From assembly GCF_009834535.1 (NCBI RefSeq), contig NC_045696.1, forward strand, positions 101,310,001 through 101,374,000: DNA of 64,000 bases, in the 5' to 3' direction. The translations under genes and the position numbers were made by a program. Below the pieces are notes generated by a model that saw only the letters and a program-made list of their open reading frames with translations, was not told the DNA's origin and made no database searches. This stretch comes from Camelus ferus (Eukaryota). Shown here piece after piece: positions 11,922 through 23,500 of the stretch; within the stretch, counting starts at the first letter, position 1, and each line of letters begins with the position of its first letter.

Positions 11922-12000
11922 ACCTTCCTTCCTTCCTTCCTTCCTTCCGTCCACTCTCTTTCTTTCCCTTTCTTCCTTTCATCCTTCCTTTCTTCCTTTC
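11922..12000. repeat. (CCTT)n / pyrimidine-rich simple repeat
   Basis: accttccttccttccttccttccttcc...ttcttcctttc. Confidence 0.9.
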
Positions 12001-12812
12001 TACAATTTCTTATTAAGAACTTCCTTGAATTGACTATTTTTATTTTTCCTCCAATTAATCTTAACATCTTTTCCTCACCTCTCAAAAATGCATTCCTCAA
12101 ATATCTATGTAGATATCTCTGTGTAGCACAGAACTAATACGACAATAAGGAGATTTGAGCTTTTCATCTCATCTCTGATAGCATAATCTTTGAGGTCAAG
12201 TTAACTTCAGTATAGCTTTGCCCTTAAACTCCTGCACTGCTAGGTAACAACAGCCTAGTCATGGTTACACCAGTGTTCTAGATCCACTACCACTGAGCAC
12301 AGCATTCAGAATAGGTGGCCACAAGACCAGTGGTCACAGCACCCTCTAACAAAAGGAAACTTCCTAATCTTTTATAGCTTTTTATTTATATTTTTTTCTC
12401 TGTTGGAGTAAAGCTTCAGGCCTAATGATTGGTTATTATTCAGTTTTTAAATCTAAATATATTATGGTTAAGGGTTGACAGTTCTTAGGTACTCCATCTT
12501 TGCCTTCTTTGACTTTAAAAAGTAGATTATTTTAAGTCACAGAATATATATTTTTTTAACTAATTCAAATAAACTGTCAGTAAATGGCTGCTTTGGTACT
12601 TAACTTTATCCATAACATCTTAACAGAAAATTGCTTGCTAAAAACAACGCATTTGGACATTGCTTTTTAGTTACATTAACATCATTTAAAGTCTTAAAAT
12701 TTTTTCTTGCCAGTATTTTTTTGCCAAGAAACAACTATAAATCTAAGTGCCTTTTTCTTCCAGTTTATATCTTTATTTTTTTTTCTTTTATGGGACTCCA
12801 GTACCTGTTCTC

Positions 12813-12885
12813 TGTGTGTGTGTGCGCATGCGCACATGTGTGTGTGTGCGTGTGCTTGTGTGTATGTGCATGTGTGTGTGTGTGT
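12813..12885. repeat. Imperfect (TG)n microsatellite
   Basis: tgtgtgtgtgtgcgcatgcgcacatgtgtgtgtgtgcgtgtg... Confidence 0.9.
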
Positions 12886-13929
12886 TTGAGACCTTTCCAA
12901 AATTTTTCAGAAGATTGTGATTCAAATTATCTATTTGTTGACATTGTTTCTTTTAGAGATCAAGACAGAGGAATCAGAAGGACCAAGACTGAACACTTCG
13001 TAAGCAATCTTTTTTCGTTTTCTTAAATTGGAAATCCATTTGGACATTCATACAAATACATTATTTATGTAGAAAACACACTAGAGAACATAGAAAATAT
13101 GCATTAATAAAATTACCCAGCATTTTAGAGTGAAATCAATAGCATAACATTTCTGGGACTCAAATAATACTTTGATTTCTACCTTCAAGATTTCTGTCAT
13201 TGAAACAAAATTTGTGGAAATTCTGGAAAAGAAATTCTAGGACTTGAAAGATCTGTATTTTATGATATTATTGTAGTTGGCTGGAGAAGACAAATGCTTT
13301 CTTAAGAGAGAGCAAAAAAGACTATAAATTCAAAATAAAAGCAAATGCTGGTGACAATAAGACAGATATTATAATGATATATTATTGAATGGAAACTATT
13401 CAATGTTTCTTCCTAAATTCTTAAAAGTTTTAGACATGAAATAGAAAATCCAGGAACAGAATATTGTTGTCTAGTTACATCATAATGAATTTTGTATTTT
13501 CTTTTTCTTGCATATTAAGTAAAATGTTTTTCAGCATATCTTTCTAGTAATTGTCCTCTAACTTTTATTCAAAATGTAAAATTTATAAAAATAGCTACAA
13601 AGTCATCCTCTTTCTTGAGTTCAGAATTTTGTACCTAAAGGCAACAAAGCAGGAGTACTGTGCTTAACAATCAATAACATCTTAGCAGAAAATTGCTTAC
13701 TGAAAGGAAACATGCTTTTGGACATTGCTTTTCAGTTATATTAACATCATTTAAACTTATAAAATTTGGAGTATCTCAGAATTGTCAGGAGTATTAATAG
13801 AATTTCCTATAGATTTTATATCAGTCTTTTGAGGTGAAGGGACAGGGAACCTTCTGGAGCCAAAAAAAAGTCATATTGTCACATAGTCCCTTGATTAAAG
13901 GTAAAGAGTGAGTGAGTATGTAAAAAGTA

Positions 13930-14105
13930 GGTAAAGAGCATTGGATAATTAGGCTTTGGATCAGATATCAGCCTTCAAATCCTAACATACTTAGATATTG
14001 GTGTTGGAAATGTGAACTCTAAGGGATTGGTTTACTTATCATAAAGAGAGATAATAATAACAGATTGTTGTGACAAATAAAATGACTATGTAAAATGTTT
14101 TAACC
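13930..14105 (+). mobile_element. MIR SINE (decayed)
   Basis: 'aggctttggatcagat...ttcaaatcct' and 'gataataataacagattgttgtgacaaataaaatgactatgtaaaatg'. Confidence 0.55.
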
Positions 14106-14257
14106 TACATTTTTCATTCAATTATAGCACATGGCGACCAGAAATCAGGTAACAAATTCACTGTACTGCATTTTGCCTGATGTTTTAGTTTTTTTCATTA
14201 TATTAGATACAGAAGAATGAATGGTCTGGGGAAGATGTTAGGTAGAATGCACTCTAT

Positions 14258-14440
14258 ACTGGAGGGCACAGCTGCTGGAGTCAAGCATCTCAGCTTTACC
14301 ATGTATTGTCTGAATTCAGACAGATTATATATTGCCTAAGGTTCAGCTTCTCCATTTGTAAAATAAGAACAATAATAGCCCAATATCGATCATGGTGATG
14401 GATAAATTAAAGATGGTCACGTATATGCGACATGGACTTA
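14258..14440 (+). mobile_element. MIR SINE
   Basis: MIR core 'ttcagcttctccatttgtaaaataagaacaataatag' with preceding 'ctggagtcaag'. Confidence 0.6.
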
Positions 14441-14699
14441 CTTAGGGTCTCCAAGTGCAGAGCATCCTGTAGGTGCTAAGGTAAGAAGGTGGTGGCCATC
14501 AAGGATCCTCCCTTCCTATATGGAAACAGCTGATTTACGTGTGAAAGAAGGGCTTGCAAGAGGCTATGAAGAGGGCTAAGAGAGGAGAAATGTGCAAAAT
14601 GGAGGAGGCCAATATAAACTGTGCCGAAACAGGGTATCTGAGAACGGGGCAGGCAGACAGCTGCCATGCAGAGGTGATGGTCGGCTCGAGCCACAGCCT

Positions 14700-14990
14700 C
14701 GCCTTTCTTGTGTCTCTAATCCAAAGGCCTGACAGCCTTTGGGCTAGGTCTGCCTCAGAGATTTCTCTGTGTGTATGTGTGTGTGTGTGTTTTCCATAAA
14801 ATTTTATAAATTAGTCATTTCATTTAAACATTCTCATTTGTGGCTTCTGTTGAAAAATATGAAGATCTGGCATCTCTGGGCCTGTATTTCCACACGGCAA
14901 CCACCATCTGAAGTTGCATGATTGTGACACCTTTAGCAAGTGCTTTTGTACTATTTTGGACAACAGTCCCCACAACTCCCCACTCTAACC
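14700..14990. mobile_element. hAT-Charlie non-autonomous DNA transposon (MER102-like)
   Basis: 'ggcttctgttgaaaaatatgaagatctggcatctctgggcctgtatttccacacggcaaccaccatctg' matches the MER102 consensus as recalled. Confidence 0.65.
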
Positions 14991-15379
14991 CAGGAGCAGG
15001 AACCTGTTGGGTGTTGGTATCTCTGAGACATTGGAGGAGACTTGATATGTCCCAAGGGCACATGAGACCTTGTGCTGCTCCCCAAATCTCAAATATCACA
15101 AAGTGCTGCTCCAACCACACCAGGGATCCTATGGGAAAAGAATCCAAAAGCATTTTCAAATCTATGTGGGAATGAAGGAGTAAGTTTTGTAAGGTCTATA
15201 ATTTTCTAGGAGTTCAGGAAGGCATTTGTTTTGTTGTGTTATGTTTTGTTTTGCTTTGTTTTGTTTTTTTTAACCTAAGCTCACTTATGAAGACTTCATT
15301 AATTCTCACTTTGTAAAATTATCTGAGAAAAAGTATTTTCAGACTCGCAGTAGCTTGAGTAATTATCATAAAACACTAT

Positions 15380-15530
15380 CTGGCATCTCCTTTCTAGGGC
15401 TTTTGCCAATTGCCATGCTTCAGATCTTCATTCTCGCCTACTACTGAAACAGCCTCTTGCTTCTTTCCACACTCTCCTCCTTCAATCTGTCCTACACACC
15501 ACTGCCAGAGGTACATCCTCAAACAGATCA
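15380..15530 (+). mobile_element. LINE-2 fragment
   Basis: 'cttcaatctgtcctacacaccactgccagagg...aaacagatc' is an L2 motif. Confidence 0.55.
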
Positions 15531-15780
15531 GGGTAGACCAGGTGGGCCATTTGATCCCTCTGTAATTTGCCTGTGTTTGGGGACAGCAGGGAAAAATTTA
15601 ATAGGGACTTTCATGTGAGTCTTTGCTTGTGAGTCTTTTAAGTCAAGATGTTATAAGTAATTGCAGGATAGGACTTCCAAAATAATTCTAATCATAATAA
15701 AATAAGTTAAGTTCAAGTGCCACATTTTATATGTTGTATTGCTTAATTTTTTTTTGCTCCCAATCTCCATCCAGTTCAGA

Positions 15781-15963
15781 GCAATGGTGATCCAACCTGT
15801 TTGCATGATTGTATCACCTGGGGAACTTTACAAAAATATGATACATGGGTCCTACCCTAGACTGATTAAGTAAACCTTTCAGGAATTGAGGCCCTAAAAT
15901 CATTTTTTTTTCTAAAATGATACAAAAGTGATTGTAATGTTAAGAGAGGGCTGAAAACCACTG
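15781..15963. mobile_element. hAT MITE MER5A-like
   Basis: Terminal inverted-repeat remnants 'caatggtgatccaac'/'gctgaaaaccactg' and internal 'atcacctggggaacttt...aaaat'. Confidence 0.7.
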
Positions 15964-16611
15964 GTGTAGTAAATTATTCTAATACTGTATTTGGTAAAAT
16001 TGTTTAATTTACTTTAAATTACATTAGGGTAACGAGACAGTGAATCAGAGATGTACCATGCAAAAGGAAGAGGTAGAGGGGCTTGGGATGACCAAACAGC
16101 ATGGAGAGCCATAAAATAACTACTGCTTTCTGCCTCCCAAAAATTTTAAGAAAAGCTTTGTTCTTTTTCTCTAGCCACTCCTCAGTCTGACTGCAGGAGG
16201 AGGGATGGCGCAGTGTGGATTCTGGGGCTCTTTCCTTCAGAGATGCTCACAAATTGAGCTCCTTCTCCTCTCCCTCCCGAGTCAGTACGATAGAAATATC
16301 TGACTCAGGGCCCAAGACGGGATTAGAGGTTACCAAACAAGTCCCAGGACCTCTGCACCGGGTTCAAGGCAGGGTGTGAGGCTTCCTGGAAATCTCCTTG
16401 AAGCTGCATGGAGACTGTGTGGTCAGCTTTCTCCTCTCCCTTCATTGAGTACCAAGGATATGACATAGGATGGAGGACAGAAGGAAAACCTTAGGTTATT
16501 CTCTGTTCCACTGCTAATATTTTTATCTCTATCTGGTTCCTGTATAGAATTCATTGTATGTAAATAAAGAGTTCTGTTACCTTTTGAAATCTCAGTAAAA
16601 ATATTCTCTCA

Positions 16612-16700
16612 GATAAAGAAAAGAAAGGGATTGAGAAGGAAGGGAGGGAGGAAGGAAGGAATGGAAGGAGGGAAGGAGCAAAGGAAGAAAGGAATAAAAG
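16612..16700. repeat. GGAA/GA-rich simple repeat
   Basis: aagaaaagaaaggga...ggagggagggaggaaggaaggaatggaaggagggaagg. Confidence 0.85.
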
Positions 16701-18082
16701 CCCTTTGTTTGTGGGGTGCATGCGTTTATCACCCCCCTGCTCCACAGTATTCAGTAATCTTTAATGAGCTGAGTGTGAGCAAGCATGTAACACATGCTTT
16801 AAATTACCTTCAACCAGTTTAAAAATAAGCACCTATCACAATGCCATTATTATTTTTCCCCTAGAGTTTAAACATACTGGATTTTTTAAAAAACAGATGA
16901 GTTTCCCAAGTATAAGTGGATTCTCTTTTCCAAGAAAAAAAAAGTTCCTAATGTAAAAACTTTCTTAACTATTATGGTCTTCTGTCCAAGGCCTCTGAAG
17001 CTTTTAACCTGGGCCCAGGTTAAAATGTAGAAAAATCAACCTCCCTTCTCAACCTATAAATCCAAGTGAAGTTGATGCCATGGTAAACAGATTGCTTCCT
17101 GGTTTACTAAGCATAGTTATTGCTCAAAAAATTGTATAACTAAAAATAAAACAAATCCTTGTAGCAGTGAATGTGGAGAATTGACATGCGTGCATGTCTA
17201 CACACACACACACACACATATTTAGTTGCACAAACTGATGACAATAATTCAGATATTCTACTAGTTAACACAATGTGTTTGGATCCATTTCCTGAATTTA
17301 ATAAGTATAATCTATCATTTGCTCTTTATTTTCATTCTGTCTGCTTTTGACTTCATAGATGACCCTGGGAAAAGGCATTTAACCTCCTTTCCCCTTAGTT
17401 TTAGTTATATTTAAAATAAGGCTCCTACACTTTGCTGACACCACAGAGGCATTTCCATTTCACTCAAGAAGTATTTCACTCTTAATGAAAATGTTCTCTG
17501 CACTGGAATTTTCCTTGTGACTACAATAAAAATGTAGAGAGGACTTACTGCAATTCCCTGTCAAAATGGGTTTTAAAATAAAAATCAGTGAAAATAATTG
17601 AAAAACATTCAGTATTACCAATTCATTTATAATTATACTTTACATTTTGATGGAGAATTAGCCTTTTTTTTCTTTTGTCTGGGAGCTATGTTTCTCCAGA
17701 TTCTTCACATTTCATTGGGGTGCACTATACATTATGCCTGTTTGAAATTTTTACTAGTTAGCATTCTGTTTTGACACAATGAGCTAAATCACAGAAGAAA
17801 TTTATTGTGTACTTTGAGACTGTCTGGTTGTGTACCAGTTCCTTAAAATTTGTCATAGCCTTCTAAATTTCTTATGAAATACACAAATACAAATATTAAT
17901 GTAGACCCTAATTTATGATAATCATAATATGGTGGTTCCCATGGTCACAGGTTTCAATTTATATATTGAATTTACAAGAGGATTATCCCCCTAGTCAAGG
18001 TATTTGAAGCTGTTATTTGGTTAAACTAATTCTGGTTTTCTCAATTATGTGGCCATATTATATATATATATATAATTGAAGC

Positions 18083-18268
18083 CAGTGGTTCTTAAATATT
18101 AGTACTTAATAATAATTTAGAAAGCTCTAAAAAGTTCAGATTTGGGGGCACCAACTCTGTGATTTTATTTAATATGTCTGGGCTGGAACTCAGCAATATG
18201 TATTTTGACAATCACCCTTGTATTTTTAAAACAGATATAACATGTATAACAATCTGAGAAATATTGTT
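18083..18268. mobile_element. hAT MITE MER5 family (MER5A/B-like)
   Basis: Starts 'cagtggttcttaaa', ends 'ctgagaaatattg'; internal 'tgtctgggctggaactcagcaatatgtattttgaca'. Confidence 0.6.
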
Positions 18269-20569
18269 GTAAGCTACACTCAAAATTACCAGTGAAAATT
18301 ACTGACATGAGAAAAGTATTTCCATTAAGATAACTTTAAATGGCAATGATTAATGAGTAAAGTCAGTTATAATGTCAAGTAGGAATGCACTTCTGTAAAA
18401 TCCAATGCCTTTCTCACTGATCTTAAATTGTGATAATTCAGCCAATCATTCAGCTAATTATGAATTCAGACATTATAAATTGACCTTGGTCCATCTTCTA
18501 GTTTCATTTAGAATATTCCTTATAAATGGACCTCCTTTTAGGGTGAACTGTAAATCTGGGGCTTCAAATCTGCTAGTCATCAAATCCGTTACATTTATCA
18601 ATGCTGCCAATTCTATTTACTCAGGTAAAGGAATCTGTCCTGAAATTTCTGTATTACCCATTTCTGTAGTAATTCTCATAGGTATTCTTTCCTTTAAAGT
18701 CAGTAGGAGCTTTGGTCTACCAACAGCGGATTGGGAATCCCCAAACTGGCTATGATTCCTCTGGGTGTGAGGTTGTCCTCATTAGCTGTACTCAGAAATT
18801 TTGTTAGCAGTACTTAACTTTTTCATCTCAAACCTATGTGAAAAAGGTATCTCTTTTTTCCAGAAATGCAGCTACCTGGTATTGAATATCCACCTGGTCA
18901 GTCTGTTAAACATTTCATCCCTTTGATGCTTTTCCCCAAATGAAGGGCTATATTTTTTTACTCTGATCAGAAAGAAGGGAAATATGTCCCCAAATCCTTA
19001 CCCACACTACAGTTTTTCTCAAAAGAAAGTTAAAGAATATAATAATACTGAAGTATATCTTAAACAATCCAACCATATATAAATTTATATATATAAATTT
19101 TCCATATATGTTTTCCATTAAACATATCTCTAAAAATTTTACTTACAAACACTAGATTGTTGCTGAACATAATATTTTTTACAAAACATTAATTTTTAGA
19201 TATTTAAATGGTTTCATAGCATTAAGAACAGTAAAGGACTCTTATTAAGATCTTTGAATGTAATTTTCTACACAGTGTCACTCTAGCATAAGAAATTTAA
19301 ATAAAAAGAATAACTTATTTTACAGTAAAATAAATTTATAGCTCTTTTGTAATATTAAAAACCTAATCAAGTTCACTTGGAAAAATGAGATCACAATTTA
19401 CCATTAGCTTCAAATGGAAAAAGAGACTGAATGATTTCAGATGTAGGTTTAATTTATAACAAGAAGACTGAGTTTGTTCAAGATTTTTAAGCCTAGGTGC
19501 ATGGTCAGTTTATTCATTATTAATCAAGATTATAATAACGTTTTTCCACTTTGTATTTATGACTCTTCTACCTTATGGCTTGGACAGCTGTTCTGAAATA
19601 AGGCTAAATTGAGTTGTGACTTTTCATAAAATATTCTTTATGTGAAACCTCTGATTTATGAGAGGCCACTTATCTACTTTACATTAATTTGGGAGCAATG
19701 TGTTCATTTATGGAGAAGGAGAAAAATACATAAAAACTGGTAACTTATGAAAAGATGTCATAAACAACCAGATTATAAATAAATCAGAAGATGACTAGAA
19801 TAGTGAAACCATTCTACTCTATAAAATATTGTTTTATAATCAAAGAAAAAGGGTAACTTATGGCTTTGAAAATTTCCCCTTTACGAGCAAGGTGGCAAAA
19901 TCAGGAATATCTGTCTGAAAAGTTGCTTTAATTTAGTGAATGAGAGGCATATCAAAGTGCTTCAGAGCATAGGCAAAAACTATCTTGAAAAGCTTAAAAA
20001 CATATGTGCAACGTAAAAGACTTAGGCAACTTACTGAATCTACTCAAATTATACCAAATTTTTTACTCTTATTGGAAAAATGGTAGCATGTATAAGCCTC
20101 TTTTTTATGTCTTCTTGAAAATCTTCAAGATTATCACTAAAATACGTTGTTATGATCACTGTTTTATATTCACTCTTAAGAACTGGCTGAGTCTTGCAAA
20201 TAGTGTTTAAGCCTTAAAGATCGGTTTTTACTCATTACTGAATGATTTTAGATATGAAACAGATTTTGGTATTTTTTAAACATATAGATCAGCTTCACAG
20301 CATATACAGCATAGCTATTTGTAATAAAATGATGAATCAAAGCACAAAAACTAGTTAAAGTGGGAAAAGATGGAGAATTTTAAAACTAGTTCAGGAAAAG
20401 TAAACAATATTGAATAAATGATTTTAAACAAGGAGATTCTCTCCCTGCATAGCCTAATTTACTTGCTAAAGAGTTCTCCTCCTGAGGATCAGTCTGAATT
20501 GCTCTGAGGATGCAGAGGGTACCTGGTTTCACCACTGTAGTCCTCACCTTCTCACCATCATGTTCAAAA

Positions 20570-20800
20570 CTCATGTATCAGTGAGAGCTCAGTCTGTGCC
20601 TGCCACAGGGTTGAGCATTTTGTGTGCATTGCTTCATTGTTAATGAAAGGCAGATACTCACTATTACTGGTATTCTTTCTATTTTATAGCTTCAGAAACA
20701 GAAGCTATCAATGGTTGTTAAGTAAGTTGCCTAAGATCAGAAGCTGGTTGCATGAAAAACCAAAACCTGAGCAAGCCTGAGAGAGGCTAAACCAGCGTTC
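20570..20800 (-). mobile_element. MIR SINE
   Basis: Reverse MIR core 'ctattttatagcttcagaaacagaagct...gttaagtaagttgcctaagatca'. Confidence 0.6.
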
Positions 20801-22080
20801 TATTCTATTAGAGCAACTTAAGACCAACACTGCCTTCTGTTATCATCACTGCTCTTCTCAGTTTATAAAATGCTCTCGTGCCCAAGTCTATGAGTTAGCC
20901 ATTAGCAAAAAAGAGCAGTAAGATTCAGAAGACTCAGTGACTTGTCAAGGGTTGTCTAACCGGCAAGTACTGCCCTTTGACTATGAACCAGGGCTTCTTC
21001 ACAGAGCTTCACTGCTCAGATACATGTCACTCCCTATGGCAGGCCATAGTGCTCGTTCATTGTCATGACTAGCAAAAATGCTCAGCCTAAGATGTCACCC
21101 AATTTAGTATCTCAAGCACCTAGAACACTACTCACAGCTAGTTCCTTTAATAATGGTTAAGGTGAAGAACACTACACTGTATGATCGAATCATAAAACTT
21201 GTAGCACCCAAAAATAATTTCCATGCATATTACCTATTTTTGCTAAACAAGTATAACACTGCTTAACTGGAAAGAGATCAAATCTTCAAGGAACCATTAC
21301 TGTTTTCAGAATGTCTTCTACTTATTATGTTGTGTCTTTCTATGCATAAATGAATATTCTACTTCAGCTAGCATCCCTTCCATATTAAACACAATTATTC
21401 TTCTTCCACTGTTGCCACTGAATTTGAAATATGGAGAATCTACTTATATCAACACCCACAGCATGATGCAAAATTTAAAATTATATGCAGAAAAACACTA
21501 AATGGATGTATGTCAAAAATGTTGACTATGTGTATGTGTTTAACAAAGTTCTCTCTGTTGTTAAACAGGTTTATGTGTCAACCACATTTACTCAGTTTTT
21601 TAAAGCTTGTTCATTTGTCTGTTTACTTAGAAATGTTTCTTCTCTTCCTCTTGAAGGAATCTTCCTCTTTGTATTTGAACTTGCTCCCACGTGACTTCAC
21701 ACATGGGCAAAATGATAGCTCAAACCACCAAGAGTGGCTCTAGCATTTTAAAGGTGGCTCATCAGTTTCTAAACTGCTTTTGTAAATTATCTATCCACTT
21801 TTCTTATTTCTGTTGATTCTGTTGCTAAGTGCCTGTCTCTGAAGAAGTCAAGGCCCTAGGTCTGTTACCTTCTAGGTTGTCAACTTCTTATTAAAAAAAA
21901 AAAAATCCATTTCCTGACACACATTGCCCCATTAAGTCCACCCAACCAGTCATCTTTACAATTTTGCAGTGCCTCAAGAGGGAATGGCAGTATATTTTTG
22001 TGAAATACAAATAGATCTCTTCAAACATACTTTTGTATTCTGCTCTCCTCTCTCCAGTTCTCTGCACTTTTAATATAATG

Positions 22081-22380
22081 TAGGTACACCATCCTTTATC
22101 TGCAATTCCAAAACCAAAAGCTCTGAAAAAAATTTTGTTTTTGTTAACTATGTCTCAAACTCAATTGGCAGCAAAACCTAACCTGTGAAGCAATTTATTC
22201 TACCTAATATGAACTTTTTTTTTTGCTACAGAAATTATTAATTTGATCATAGGGTTCTACTTGAGGTACCTCTGCAGATGATCCTTAATATACAGTAAAT
22301 GCAAAAATCACCTTTCTAAAATATAAAAAACGTTGAATTATCAAACCCAGGAACTTTACATAAGGGATTCTAGACCCTGA
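22081..22380. mobile_element. TcMar-Tigger type non-autonomous DNA transposon
   Basis: Imperfect terminal inverted repeats 'taggtacaccatcctttatc' and 'ataagggattctagaccctg'; internal 'aattccaaaaccaaaagctctgaaaa' is typical of short Tigger elements. Confidence 0.55.
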
Positions 22381-23304
22381 ATGAAGATTTTTAAGAATTC
22401 TAGCAAAACTCTGATATATGTATTTTTGTTAGATGGATGAACATTTAAAAGCTCTACCACTTTGCAATTTCAGAGTTTAAATCTTTTCTTTAAAATAAAT
22501 TCAGCAAACAGCACGTACCTAACATGAGCTAAATACTGTGATGGATACAGAAGATACAAACATGATTTGCATTTGATCCCTGCCTTCAGTTGTACTCATG
22601 CTTATGTTTCTGAGTCTTTTTGATCCTTTGAAAGCATAAAATCTGTAATTAGGAGAGTCTAGTTCAAGGCTTCAGTTATAAAACAAAATAAAGCATTTCG
22701 TCTGTATTTGCCACTAAGTAAATTATCAAAAAAATGATAATCATTGTATAATTCCCTAAATTTCTAAAATGTTTACATTTCACTGTAGTAAGAAGAAAAC
22801 CAAATTCTTGGAATGGTTTTCCCTTGCCTTTTCTGAAAGTGAGTGCTCATTTGTCAACTTCCCTCTATACCCATAAAAGCAAGGCAATGAATGGAAGATC
22901 CTATGAAATATGCCAGTATTATCACTTTGCTTATCTGAATTCTATGCACTCTTTTTATGTTCAAAGCAAAAATAAAAGCTAACCACTTGATTAGAGTAAT
23001 TTTCAAACTTGAAAACTGAAAACACAATTTTGTACTTTGAAGTTTCCCAGATGAAATATTCTTTCCCAAAAAAGGATAAAAAAGTGAACTCTTCAGAAAT
23101 TGAACTCTCGTGTGACGATGGCTATTTTCTTTTCTGTCATGATTTATTTTTCTACCTGTGCATGGTTGCCAGTTATTTTTCTCGGTAAAGCCAAATGCCT
23201 CATTTGGAATCTACTCCCTTTATAGCCTCTATAAAAATTGCTTCTACTCTGATTAAAGCAATTTGCAAGTGTTGGACATCATTTCAGAAACATAACATCA
23301 ATTA

Positions 23305-23500
23305 GACTGTCAGGATCATATATATTAAAGCTGCAAAAAATCTTAGAAGTTCTATAATCCAACTCTTTAATTTTACAAATGAGGGAACAAAGGTTTTAAA
23401 GAAACTTCAGAGGAGGTTTCAATCCTTTTAACCTCCAGCAAAGCCCAAAGCAGATTCCCATCTCCTAACCCAGAGCCTAGTGTTCTCCTCCATATTCCAT
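23305..23500 (-). mobile_element. MIR SINE
   Basis: 'tcttagaagttctataatccaactctttaattttacaaatgagggaac' is a reverse MIR core. Confidence 0.6.

Noticed and set aside
12631..13026. Cys/Val-rich ORFs
   Set aside because: Translation of the (TG)n microsatellite; the same applies to ORFs at 11849-12137, 16551-16822, 31816-32040 and 53051-53300 over simple repeats.
14476..15175. Cluster of four overlapping ORFs as a compact gene locus
   Set aside because: It overlaps a MER102-like element and a TG tract; locally higher GC explains the scarcity of stops, and no recognisable protein or splice structure is present.
19081..19100. Perfect 20-bp palindrome aaatttatatatataaattt (and similar at ~18058 and 62159-62176)
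   Set aside because: Low-complexity AT or CA/TG repeats are trivially self-complementary.
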